DNA of 64,000 bases from a virus: the IMG/VR virus record IMGVR_UViG_3300008117_000001. The stretch is one strand, 5' to 3'. The first letter of the stretch is position 1. Each line of letters begins with the position of its first letter. A program made the position numbers and the translations under genes. Positions 18,458 to 30,000 of the stretch are shown piece after piece. A model generated the notes under the pieces. The model did not search any database. It worked only from the letters and a program-made list of their open reading frames with translations, and was not told the DNA's origin.

Positions 18458-21400
18458 ATGATGGGAAAAATAGCATCCTTTTTACAAGGGAGACGAGAAC
18501 AGATTCCGGAATATGAATCTATTAACGATTATTTAGCCTCCTATTTGTCTCCTCTTTCTCCAGAAAAACAAGTTAGAGCCGCCAGAAGAATTTTAGGTAA
18601 AATTCCTACTGGACAGAAAAAGCTAATAGAACCATTTGTTGATCCTTCTGATAATATTTTAAAGTATAGATCAGCTTATGATGATCCGGATCCTGCAATT
18701 GGCAGAAAAGTTTTTGATACCGTTGATGATGCTATTCAGTATTTTTCTTCTCTACAGATAACAGAAGTTTATAGAATATCTAAACAAGATGTTCCAGTTG
18801 TTTATAGAGGCTATGCGGAAGTTTTGAAGGATATAGAAAGAAATGCTATTGCACAAAATCTATTTGGAATAGAAGGTTTAGAAATGAACATTGCTATTCA
18901 TAAAGGGCAAATGGATTCCCAGCAGGGCAATGAGGCGCTAAAGGCTTTCTTTAAAACGCAAAAAGAAAAAGGATATGGTCTACTCCTGCCTACTGATGAG
19001 GGGGGTGTAGCAATGAATCTTGTTGCAACAATTGCAGGAAAAAGACAGGTTTTAAATCTGGAGCAAACTTTAGAGGTAATGCAATCAGCGAATGTTTCCA
19101 TCATAGACCCAGATGTTTTAGAAGAAGCAATGAGATCTGGTAACAAAAAACTCGCCTCCTTGATTCAAAAGTTGGACAAGAGATTGCGCGGAGTGTTGTC
19201 ACCAAGAGAAATTTCTATTGCTGGCGACGCAATGAGAAGGGTCCTTGATGAAGTAGGTAAGCCAGGGATGTCATTTGCTGACTCAATTCTTAATACTGAT
19301 CCGGTTTATGAAGCATTAGGATTGGCTCTAGATGTAGATACATTAAAAAATGTTTCTACAATGAAAAATGCCGAAAAAGCCGCAGATGCTGCACAAAGAA
19401 TAAAAGATTCCTGGATGATCAAAGGAACTGATAGATCTAAAGAGTTTTACAAAACAATATTAGATGAAGTTATCCAAGGCCAAAGCGGTCCTTCAAAAAA
19501 GTTGGCTGGAAAAGAAAGTCAAATATATGCAGACGTTACAAGCTACCTCAAGATCGCAATGCAAGATGCGATAGACAGTGGAGATGTTGATATTACGGTA
19601 GGCAAATATGGTACAGATGTTCTAAAGAAAAAATTAGGCTCGTTAAAAGAAACTCTTGAGAAAAAAGCAGGAGGCAGCGAAGCTGCTCTTAAAGCAATAG
19701 ATCAAAAATTCAGTATAATTGATATTCTTCTGGATGAAATTGAAAAAGGATCAGATGGCTCAATGTTGATCAATACTCCGTATACTAAAGCTATTCAAAG
19801 AGGCTATCAAGCTGAATTAGATGAGCTAGATAAGCGTTACGCACAAGCTAAAGATAGACTAGAAAAAGAAGATATTCTTTTAAAGAAAAGAGAAATTCAA
19901 AAATCGATGAGCCAATTAGATGAATCAAAAGGTTTATCTCAAATAACTGTTCGTGGCAACGTCGTATTTGATCAGGGTGATGCAACTAGGCCTGCAAGAA
20001 TATTTTCCCTAAAAGGCGCAGCAATGGATGTTGAATTTACCGGAAGGTATACCAAGTATTCAATTGTTGCACCTAAAGCCACAACAAAGAGGGAAACAAG
20101 AATATCTGGAGTTAGAGATATACTAAATATAAGCGGAACTGGGGAGTCCAAGGGTGCAGTCTACGCAGACCCGATGCTTGATGCATTTCACTCTGCAGTA
20201 TTCGGTTCAACGCAATCGCAAAAGTTGGGCAGAGAATATTCACAGCAAGTACAAAAAGAATTAAACGCAATGTTGAAGGCAAATAGAATTGACGAAAGTA
20301 GCACCTTCTTCCAGTCTTTGCAAAGAGCTGCTAATGAAATGTCTAGCGATCTATTAGAAACTCAACAATATTCACAGCTTATGCACAGGACGTTGGCTCA
20401 AGAAATATTGGCAATACACAAGAGTGGAGTTCCGTTGGATCAGCATCCTAGGGCCATGAATAGAATTTTAGACTTTGCTCAGAAAGAATTTTTTAAACTA
20501 AAGAAAGGAATTCCCCTACCAGTAATGCCCGATGTTTACAGATTTGCCTTAAATGCAGAGTCAACTCAGGTTGGAATTTCTGGTGGAAGAATGTTCCTAG
20601 ATATGGCCGATTCTAATATAGCCATGGATGAAGGATTTAGTATAAATACTACTAGGGTAAGATTTTCTAATCACAATTTATTGATGACCGAAAGAGACGT
20701 AATAAGATTTCACCATGCACTTGGTGGGTTCGACCTTGACGACAAGGGTCTACCAGTACTTGGTACATATATGTCTAACGGTAAAAGGCGTTTGGCCATG
20801 GCAATGGCTCGTCAGCCTACGGGCGCAGGAGAAATGGTAGGATTTGTTGAATTTAGAGACGTAGAAAGCTATAGAGAATTATTTGGTCATAATAAAGACT
20901 TCCTTAAGACATTGGATCAAATGATTTTAGACGAAGAAGAAAAGTTGGCATACCTTCAGGGTTCTGGTGGCTCTCCGGCATTACAGCGATTGAATATATT
21001 AAAAGAAAATTTAACAGGCAAACTTACAGCTGAAGACATGACTCGAATTGATGAGTCAGGTATATTAGATCAGTTGGAAGAAACAATAATAGATGTTAGA
21101 GATAGACTGTATGGTGGCAAAGCTAGAACTTTTAATAGATCATATTTTGAAGCTCTCGGCGTATTAAAGCAAGGCGAAAGTACAGTCAATTTTTTTGCAG
21201 GATCAAGGCTTGTTGATTTTGCTGGAGTTGATCCAGGTTTAGCTTCTTTAGGTTTTCAAAAGTTAAAAACTGAAGTAATGACTCTAAATCTTGAAAATGA
21301 CGTCTTTACAGCCTTAGAGCATTTGATGACAGATCAGCAAAAAACTCAACTAGGGGCCATTAGGAATCAAATTGAGCAACTAAAAGAACCAGCATATGCT

Positions 21401-23542
21401 GGTAGAGCTATACCTGGTTCATTGTACGACGATCCTTCACAAGTAGCTGCGCTGGAAGAGGCTCAAACAAATTTATCTAAAGCTTCAAAAGACTTTTATA
21501 AAACACTGGATGGATTTGGTTTAGATAAAGACAAAAGAGCTATTGCAATGAACAAATATTATTTGGAAGCAATGGAAAAAGCAGCCACTGAAAATGGAAA
21601 TAATCTTGGTAGACACGTCAACAGAGCCACCGTAATTGCAGATGGCTTGAATCAATTCGAAAAAGCATTTGGATCCAATCAAGCAATAAACGACGCTTTG
21701 CGCAGTAAGGGTTATGTTATTGGTCTCCCCGCATCAGAAACTGCTGTTGACATGACTCAGACATTTACCTCTGGAAGACTAACGTTAAAAGCTGAAGCCG
21801 AAACAGCAGCAGACCTACGATATGGTATGGATATTTTTAAGAGAATGTATGGAAATAACTTTGACCTAGAAGAGCATGGGGCAGACAGCGTTAGTAGATA
21901 TGGAAAAATGTTTGGTTACCTGCAAAATAGAGAAGGAAAAACCTTTACTCTTGATAAGGCCTTAATAGATTTTGGCAAACTTAATACAGAAGACTTAAGA
22001 TCCTTTGCAGAGTCTTACATAGCTGGTGCTGAAGAAAGGATTGCAGAAGGTATAGGAATAGAAGAAGATCTAAGTACCATAAAAGCGCTTTTCAATAAGG
22101 GAGACGCACCTGGTAAGCGCCAGTTAATAGATGCGTTGACGCAAACTGGTATTATTGGAAGGGGAAACTTATCTGAGACAATTTCTGTGGCAAAAGAAGC
22201 ATTTGACTATTTAAACGCAACAAGGAAAAGATTTTCCGATAACCTAAATGAACTAAGAGATACTTTAACTGCTGGCATGGGCAAAAATGCTACGGAGGCT
22301 AGAGAGTCAGCAAGGGCTATATTGGATGCAAATAAAGAAATTTTTAAAGAGTTAAATGATTCAACTACCGCATATAGAGAGGCTCAAAAAATTCTTAACT
22401 CTGGGATAGAAGAGGGTAATTTTATCAGTGCTGCTAGAAGAGAAGAATTGTCGATAGGTTTTGAAGGCGCTAGGCTAAGAGCGGAAATACTAAAAACTGA
22501 ATTGGGTGATAATTTACTTAGTGGCATTAATGAGGTTAGATCGCAAAGGCCGTTGACCGGATTTAATTTACTTAATGCGCTTCAATTAGAGGCTTTAGAT
22601 AGGGGGATGAGCCCATATGTTTTTGAAGGACTACAGGATCTAACCGAAAATTCTAATGAAGAATTTGCAAACTTCTTTGCTAGAGTAAATATAGCTAAAA
22701 GGCAAAAAGCAGCTTATATGAAAGCTACTTCTAACTTACAGGTTCAGTCTATGGTGGACAATTTTTTTGCCACCACTTCTTCAATGAGAGATCTACTACT
22801 AGGAGATATTGTTGGAGGTACTCTTTTGGATTTATCACAATATGGTGATATTACTAGCGTTTTTTCTGCTAGTGGCATCAACATTGATGCTACCCAATTA
22901 AGGGCAGCCCTCAATGAAGGGGTAATGGATACTACAGATCAAAATATTGCAACCATAGCAAATGCGATAAGGTCTAGAGCCTTGTACGAAACGCAGATTT
23001 TAGATCCAGCAGTAGATGACTTTTTGAACGGGCAAATATCTGCAGATAAAGTAGTCGGCCCTAAAGATAGACCAACTGGTATAGTGCGAGATGTTTTAAG
23101 AGAGCTGGGGGATCAATCTCCTTCAAATGTAAATCCATCAAAATTTAAACGTTTAGACATGGATTATTTAACTGAACAGTTCTCTAAGCCATCTGTCAAA
23201 AAAGCTGCCATTGGAGCTGGCTTGTTAATAGCTGGAAGCTTTTTATATCAGAACAAAAAAGATAGAACAGCAGAAGATGCAGCTGGTCCACCATTGCTTC
23301 CAGGTGGATCAGCGTACGAAGAAGGGTATCCTACCCCAAATATATCCATGCCCCAAGTTGCCGGAGGGGGCTATTCTTCTGGAATGAGTTATAAAGTTTC
23401 TCTATATGGTTCCAGGGAAGAGGTAGAAAGATTTCAGCAAGCAGCTTCAGGAGTTACTAATGGATCAGTTAACAGTACTATGTATAACAGGATTCCCAGT
23501 GTAACGTCTGATCCATATCAGCAGCTCGCTAGTTCATTTTAA
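18458..23542 (+). CDS. Candidate virion-associated single-subunit two-barrel RNA polymerase (non-canonical catalytic loop)
   Basis: Ordered motifs: SDGSMLIN (D433), QITVRG...SLKGAA (Q495, R499, K519), IVAPKATTK (K544), ALGGFDLDDKG (D759, D761, D762), ARQPT (R785), NNLGRHVNRATVIAD (about 1049-1062), ETAVD (D1098); C-terminal hydrophobic helix. Motif reading by eye only. Confidence 0.6.
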   Translation: MMGKIASFLQGRREQIPEYESINDYLASYLSPLSPEKQVRAARRILGKIPTGQKKLIEPFVDPSDNILKYRSAYDDPDPAIGRKVFDTVDDAIQYFSSLQITEVYRISKQDVPVVYRGYAEVLKDIERNAIAQNLFGIEGLEMNIAIHKGQMDSQQGNEALKAFFKTQKEKGYGLLLPTDEGGVAMNLVATIAGKRQVLNLEQTLEVMQSANVSIIDPDVLEEAMRSGNKKLASLIQKLDKRLRGVLSPREISIAGDAMRRVLDEVGKPGMSFADSILNTDPVYEALGLALDVDTLKNVSTMKNAEKAADAAQRIKDSWMIKGTDRSKEFYKTILDEVIQGQSGPSKKLAGKESQIYADVTSYLKIAMQDAIDSGDVDITVGKYGTDVLKKKLGSLKETLEKKAGGSEAALKAIDQKFSIIDILLDEIEKGSDGSMLINTPYTKAIQRGYQAELDELDKRYAQAKDRLEKEDILLKKREIQKSMSQLDESKGLSQITVRGNVVFDQGDATRPARIFSLKGAAMDVEFTGRYTKYSIVAPKATTKRETRISGVRDILNISGTGESKGAVYADPMLDAFHSAVFGSTQSQKLGREYSQQVQKELNAMLKANRIDESSTFFQSLQRAANEMSSDLLETQQYSQLMHRTLAQEILAIHKSGVPLDQHPRAMNRILDFAQKEFFKLKKGIPLPVMPDVYRFALNAESTQVGISGGRMFLDMADSNIAMDEGFSINTTRVRFSNHNLLMTERDVIRFHHALGGFDLDDKGLPVLGTYMSNGKRRLAMAMARQPTGAGEMVGFVEFRDVESYRELFGHNKDFLKTLDQMILDEEEKLAYLQGSGGSPALQRLNILKENLTGKLTAEDMTRIDESGILDQLEETIIDVRDRLYGGKARTFNRSYFEALGVLKQGESTVNFFAGSRLVDFAGVDPGLASLGFQKLKTEVMTLNLENDVFTALEHLMTDQQKTQLGAIRNQIEQLKEPAYAGRAIPGSLYDDPSQVAALEEAQTNLSKASKDFYKTLDGFGLDKDKRAIAMNKYYLEAMEKAATENGNNLGRHVNRATVIADGLNQFEKAFGSNQAINDALRSKGYVIGLPASETAVDMTQTFTSGRLTLKAEAETAADLRYGMDIFKRMYGNNFDLEEHGADSVSRYGKMFGYLQNREGKTFTLDKALIDFGKLNTEDLRSFAESYIAGAEERIAEGIGIEEDLSTIKALFNKGDAPGKRQLIDALTQTGIIGRGNLSETISVAKEAFDYLNATRKRFSDNLNELRDTLTAGMGKNATEARESARAILDANKEIFKELNDSTTAYREAQKILNSGIEEGNFISAARREELSIGFEGARLRAEILKTELGDNLLSGINEVRSQRPLTGFNLLNALQLEALDRGMSPYVFEGLQDLTENSNEEFANFFARVNIAKRQKAAYMKATSNLQVQSMVDNFFATTSSMRDLLLGDIVGGTLLDLSQYGDITSVFSASGINIDATQLRAALNEGVMDTTDQNIATIANAIRSRALYETQILDPAVDDFLNGQISADKVVGPKDRPTGIVRDVLRELGDQSPSNVNPSKFKRLDMDYLTEQFSKPSVKKAAIGAGLLIAGSFLYQNKKDRTAEDAAGPPLLPGGSAYEEGYPTPNISMPQVAGGGYSSGMSYKVSLYGSREEVERFQQAASGVTNGSVNSTMYNRIPSVTSDPYQQLASSF

Positions 23543-23552
23543 GGTTAATTAA

Positions 23553-23999
23553 ATGATATTAAGTGTTAAAGATCAAAATAAAACTTTAGCCTCCGCTGCA
23601 AAACAGCCAAAAGACACATCTCACAGAAGCATTACAGCAAACAAGTATGCTGCAAAGATATCTTCTAGTAAAAGTCCTTCTAAAAATGTAGTGTCTGAGT
23701 CTCGTCAAAAAATTCAGGCAACAGGTCAGTCAGATAAGGTCCGAGGTTCTTTTGAAGGTTTAGAAAATTCTTCTCCAGCTCATATCATCATGAATGAAAG
23801 TGGATATAGCGGAAAAAGGCATCAGAAAGCTAGATATTCTAAAAATATTAATACAAAATTAGGTGGCAATTTTAACTTTAATTCTTTTACAAAAGAAACA
23901 AAAAGTAGTATAATAGATAACTATAGTTCTTCTACGATGAAGGATTCTTCAAGTGAAAGATTATCTAAAATTATTAAAAATAATATGGCGTTTGTCTAA
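23553..23999 (+). CDS. Small basic K/S-rich hypothetical protein
   Basis: AAGG RBS; 148 aa with very many K, S and N and few hydrophobic residues; no family recognised. Confidence 0.5.
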   Translation: MILSVKDQNKTLASAAKQPKDTSHRSITANKYAAKISSSKSPSKNVVSESRQKIQATGQSDKVRGSFEGLENSSPAHIIMNESGYSGKRHQKARYSKNINTKLGGNFNFNSFTKETKSSIIDNYSSSTMKDSSSERLSKIIKNNMAFV

Positions 24000-24007
24000 G
24001 GTGAATT

Positions 24008-27000
24008 ATGTCTAATGTTGAGCAGTCAGAAAATGAAGGAGAACAGAATCTAAACTCTTCTGATCCATTGTCATATGACTATAGCCAAAAGGCTTTTATG
24101 AATATGATGATGATTGGCCCGCTTGGCTTGACTGGCAGTATTGATGACATTACAGGTAATCCACTTGAGGCAATCGAAAGGTTCTTCTCGATAACAAGAC
24201 CAGATGTTATTCCAGATTTAAAAAATTTTGATGATCCAGGTGGAGCAGAGGATTTTAAATCCGATACAGACAATTATCAAAAAAGAATTGAAGCAACCAG
24301 TAGGGTATTTACTTCTGGCGGAACATTATCTTCTCTTGTTGACGATGGCGCTCTCTTAATTAATTTATATAAGAGGCTAGAGTCAACAGGGCTACTGTAT
24401 CTTGCATCATTTGCTTATGAAATAAGTGAATTTGGCAAAAAAAGGCTTCAAAATGTTTACATGACCCAAAAGTCATTGGATTACCATGTAGATCCAGCTG
24501 TAGATACCCAATGGTTAACTCTTTTGAGTCAAGTAGTTTACAGTCTGCAAGCAGATCCAATATCTTTTTCTATTATTAATCATTACCTTCCAGGGTTAAT
24601 GACTTTCGTTTTCGATGCACTAGCTGTCACTGGCGACTATTCTAATGCCGGTAAAGGTGGGGGAAGAGAAGATACTCTCAATAGAGAAGAAGACGCGATT
24701 GAAGAGTTAGAGAAAGCTTTTGGTGTAGCGCCAAATGGTGAACCAATATTCACAATGGCGTTCAGAATTAATGGTGGGAATACTTCGGCAAGAATTCGTA
24801 AGGCTATAGAAGATTTTCCATTTAGAGCAAATATACCTCCTAAAAAGCCCGATATATTTCATCTTCGTTTAGGCGCAGCAAACTTTTATGTTCCGCCTAT
24901 TTCTGTTACAGTTAATTCGGCTTTCAAAACTGGATCACTTACTGGTGGAGCAATCAGGCAAAGAAATACACCCAAATATAATGCAGGATATAAAGAGACT
25001 TCAATTTCTCTAAGACTATTTTTTCCAAACTATCAAGAAATATGGGGCATGCACATAAGTGATGCCTCGTCAATAAATTTGAAAGAAAATTTTAAAATAG
25101 ACTTTAAGAGTAGTGGTGATTCAGAAGAAAAAATAGATAAGTTTCTTTCTTCTTTGCGAGGTCTAATTGCAGCTTTTAAATATTCACCTATACTCCCGAT
25201 AAAAAATGATTATATAAATTCTGTTCATGGAATTACCGCTGTAGCCCTATCTTCTATGTCTATTTCAACAGTGCCTAATTATCCTTTTTCTTTAATGGTT
25301 GATCTTGAGTTACTTAGCTACAATCATAAGCCATTTCTACCTATGGTTAAAGATTTTAACCAAGCCATTCACTGGGGTAAATATAGGCAGTATATGGGCA
25401 AGGCTGCTGGCGCAATGCACAAGTATGCCAATGAGTCTTTCTTGTTGAAGACTTCAGATAATAGAAATTCTGAAGAGAGCGAAGATAATACTGGCTTGAT
25501 TCGCAGTGGGGATTACATATATCAGACTAGCCCTTATGGTTCTTCAGTGACAAGCGAATCGGCAATTGTTGACTCTTCTTTGACTGATGATACAGTTGAA
25601 TTACTTAATACTTATGAGAATGATGTTTTGTATACAAATATAGTTTCTCAGTGGAGAGATGGAAGTAACTTAACTTTTTATACTCCAGCTGAAACTCAGA
25701 CAAAAATGTTCTTGCCAGACACTACTTCTTTTAGAAGTGAACAAGAAAAAATTCTAGATCAACAAAGTTATGGCCTATGGAATGGCTTATTAGCAAAATT
25801 TGGAATCGAGATTTCTCCTAATACGCCAGCAATTAAAGATATAAACCAAGTTAAGTCTCTTTCTTTGGAGCCAACATTTGCTTCTTCTACGGCAACATTT
25901 GTTCGTCAAGCAGTAGACATTATGACCGCTGGAGTTAGTCAATCTGACTACAGGGCTGGTATCTATAGGTATAAGATGCAATCCTTTATTTCCAGCAACT
26001 TAATTAAATTAAGCGCTGAAGAAAAGGAATGGCTACTAAAATACCTTAGTCCAGATGAGATGCCTTACGATGCAGATTACTTCTCGCAATATCCAACAGA
26101 GGGATCATACATTTTAAATGATCCAGTTTTTAATGATGAAAATGATAATGTTAGCTTAAACTTCATTAAAAGAAGTATATGGAATTCTGTTTTTCAATCA
26201 GGCAATATCATAGATACTTTAGTCATTGAAGAAGTTGAAAGAAGAAAAGTTTTAGGTGTCGAAATAGCTGTTCCTGACGAAGAAAAGGTGCGACAGCAAG
26301 TAACTGATGCATTCATGCTTTCCTTGTATAATCGTTTCTTTTCAGACGGTTATGTGCAGAATCTTATGGAGGCTAAGCGTTTAAGAGAGGGAGATTACCA
26401 CTTCCAGGAATGGGAAGTTCCCATGAATCGGGTTGATTTAGATCCTAAAAAAGCTATAGTCAACGGCGTTAGCATAAGTCTTGGCAACAATCTTGCAAAG
26501 CTACAGGTTCAAATGCAGGATGAGCCGACCTATCAATATATAGGCGGAAAAGATTCTTATGTTAATATATCAATGACTGTTTTTGGCGAAAGAGAGCTTT
26601 ATAAGATTAGAGCAATCTTTGATCACATTAACTCTTTAGCCAGACTTGAGCACTCAACTGGTGTTATTGGTTTCTTGGGGATGAAAAATATTATTACTGC
26701 ATTGTGCGGAATTAAATATGTTATTCCTTTGAATTTTAAAGTAGATACTATACCTAATTATCCGCACGTATACAATGTGCAATTGAGCCTTGTCGACTTT
26801 GATATATTCCAGCAGCAAAGAGAAAAGCTTTCATCAAAACAGCAAAGTGATTTTATTGAACATTTTGGTTCAAAGAGAAATCCATTTTTAAGAATTAAGC
26901 AGTTGTGGGGAGCGTTTAATGCATATCCCGATATGCCACTGGAGGTTCGCGATAAAAATGATGAAGTCGTTGGAAACTTAGATCCAGATTTTTATTTTAG

Positions 27001-30000
27001 AAGCTTTGAAATGTTCGATAAAGATGTTATTAATAACTTCATTTATCAACCCGATATAACAAAAGAATTCAAATTTGATTACAGTGATGATTGGGCAAAG
27101 CTCGGGGATGCTCGCGCTATAGAGATCAGAAAAAATCAAGTTAAAAATAGAATTACAGATTTCCTTAGACGCTACGCCTATAGGGATGTTGGAAGCGAAC
27201 CATTTGCCGCAGCTCAAAGAGCTAGCAACAATCAGACATTAATAAATGAAATTATTAGCTACGTTAACAGTAGCGGTATAAGTGTTCATAATTTTGTTTC
27301 TTTATTTCAAGAAGTTATACAAACTCAAACTTCTGAATTTGAAACTTCAGAAAAACAAGGATTATTAACTGACTACATCTTTATTGCAGCACAATCCACA
27401 GAGGATAGTCCAGTATTTGAAGAAATTGTTGGAGCAGGCTATTCTGTTGGTAATCTAAAATATACAAGCGCAGAAACTTTAAATTTAATTAAAGAAGTTT
27501 TATCAGATTCACACTTGGCAAACGAAACAGAAGTTAGCTTTAATCCAGATGAAGTAGATTTCCATAAAGTGATATATATGATTCCGGCAACAAATCCGCA
27601 AGAATCTGGATCAGAATCAGAAGTACCTGCAATGATGCAGTCTGCATTGGGGACCCATTTTGGTTATATCAATAAAGATAATGGAAGATTCTATCTAACA
27701 GTCGATGGTTCAAATGTTCATATAGATGACAACGGGAATAAGAGACTAGCAGAAAATCATATAGAAGATACACAAACTCCAGATAGGGGTTGCACAAATA
27801 CGCTTACTGGAGTTGAGGGCGTACAATCTCTGGATAAATATCAAAAAGCTTATGATGGATCTTTTGGTGGCCACATACAGAAGATGATGAATGATGTCCA
27901 GTATCGAGACATTTCTGGAAGAATGATTAGAGCATTTCCTACTTATATGTTGTGGCTAATTGACGAAGGTGGCTTTTTTGCCGGAGTTAAGCTGTTTGAC
28001 AATTTTTATGGAATGCAATCTATAGTAGATTTTTCTGTTGTATCTTCAGAAGATCTTCTAGGGGACACGTTAATATTTAGAGTGTCCAACATGTATTCAA
28101 AGTTGACTACTCGTCCTTCTACAGAAATATTTAATTCTAGAGACAATCAACCAAGCGATGCACCAATAGATTTTACTCAAGGCATTGAATCTATCTTGGA
28201 TAGAACTTTAAATATAGCTAAAAATATTGTTTCTGGAATGAGAAACGATTATGTAATTGACATTAACAATATTAGACTAAAGCCTGGTGTTCGTGTTCAT
28301 CTAAGAGTCGGATATGGAGCAAATCCAAATTCTCTACAAACAGTTTTCAATGGCGTCATAACAAATGTTGAGCAAGGAGAAATCGTAACAGTTACTGCGC
28401 AGTCTGACGCTATTGAGCTTGGCGCAATAGTTAACTCTACAAACAAAAAAGGTGACACTGGAAAAATAGATGGTGGCATAGATACAGGAATGTATCTTTC
28501 TGAGCCTAGAGATCTTATGGTGAGACTTCTTTCTATGGGTGCGTCAAGATTTAGAGAAGCTTTTGCTAGAGCCACAAATGGAACTGTTTTTTCTGAAAAT
28601 AGATTTGGAATTCGTCATTTTGGTTCAACGTTATATGAACCATTAAGCGAATCTGAAAGAGCAAGAGCTGATGGAATTAGAAATGTAGTCGCTAGTGTTT
28701 ACTCTAACCTTGGACAAGGCGATGTAGGTGGTGCTGCTAATGCCGCATCATTTAAATTAGCTACAAATGTTTTCACAAACAACCCTGTTAGTACATTTTT
28801 CGGAGATGGAAGAATTATGACAAGCATGGGGCAACTCATGTCAAACTTCTGTGCCGAAGTAGACTTGGAAATATTTAAGAGAAATATTTATCCTGGAAAT
28901 GGAACAGGTTTTGCCCAATTCCTTGGTGGAGATATAGATGATGGGTGGCTTACTGCGTCCTCTCTTGTGGAACAGGATGACAAGAAATTAAAGGGACAAG
29001 GGTACCTTGAAAGAGGTGTCGATAGATCATGGAATCGACTTATAGTTGAAGCTCAAAATGAGTCTGTTTCAGCGAGGACGGCCATAGGAACAATGACAGC
29101 TGGCAACAAGCTCGTAGCTGCTGAAGGTAGAGCTAACGCTACAAAAAATATACTTATGGGTGGCTTAGCTGGTTCTATCGGATTGATACCTGGAGTAAGT
29201 TTTGCTGCTGGAGCAGGAATTTCTGGGGGAGGTCTTTTTGGAATTCTCAGAGGAAGAGGCGGAACAAACTTCTTTAGGTTAATGGGAATTATCGCACCAA
29301 ATGCTGACGACGACCTACCTGGTTTTGATGAGGTTTCATTTAGAGCGCAAACATACATGAGAACTGTTTGGGATCTTTTCCAAGTTTGTGCCCGATTGCT
29401 TCCAAACTATATTGTTGCAATTAGACCATTTGAAGATAGATCTACAATTTTTTATGGTAAACCGCACTGGCTTTATACTTCTGGAGTTGTTCCTGTAACT
29501 ACAGGATTTCCTAGTACAGAGAGGGGATCTGAATTAAGTTTGCCAGGCTATCCAAAGTATCGTTCGCCGGACGAAGACATCGAAAATATCATGAATAACA
29601 TCAACAAATCCAGTAACACATTGGCTGACTATGAGGCGTTCAAGAGGTCTAATGAACTTTCTGATACAATGGCCAGTCTTGCGAGTGATCAGTTGAATTC
29701 CGAAGGTGTCTATAAGCCTACGGCATTTTTGAAAGAAAAAATAATTAACTTTAACTCACCGTTAGCTGCAACATTTTCTGAAACACAGCAAGATGGTTCA
29801 ACTAAAATAGTTGCAAAACTACCAACGGTTGTTGGATTAACAAGAGTTGGTTTCCACCTTCCTGTTGGAGATCCCACAACAACAATAGCTCAGGCAGGCG
29901 ATAATCACGCCCAATTAGACAATCTTCCACCAAGATTTAGGTACCCATTCTATACTATAAATGAAACAGTAATATTAGACACGACATCATATACCGTTAG

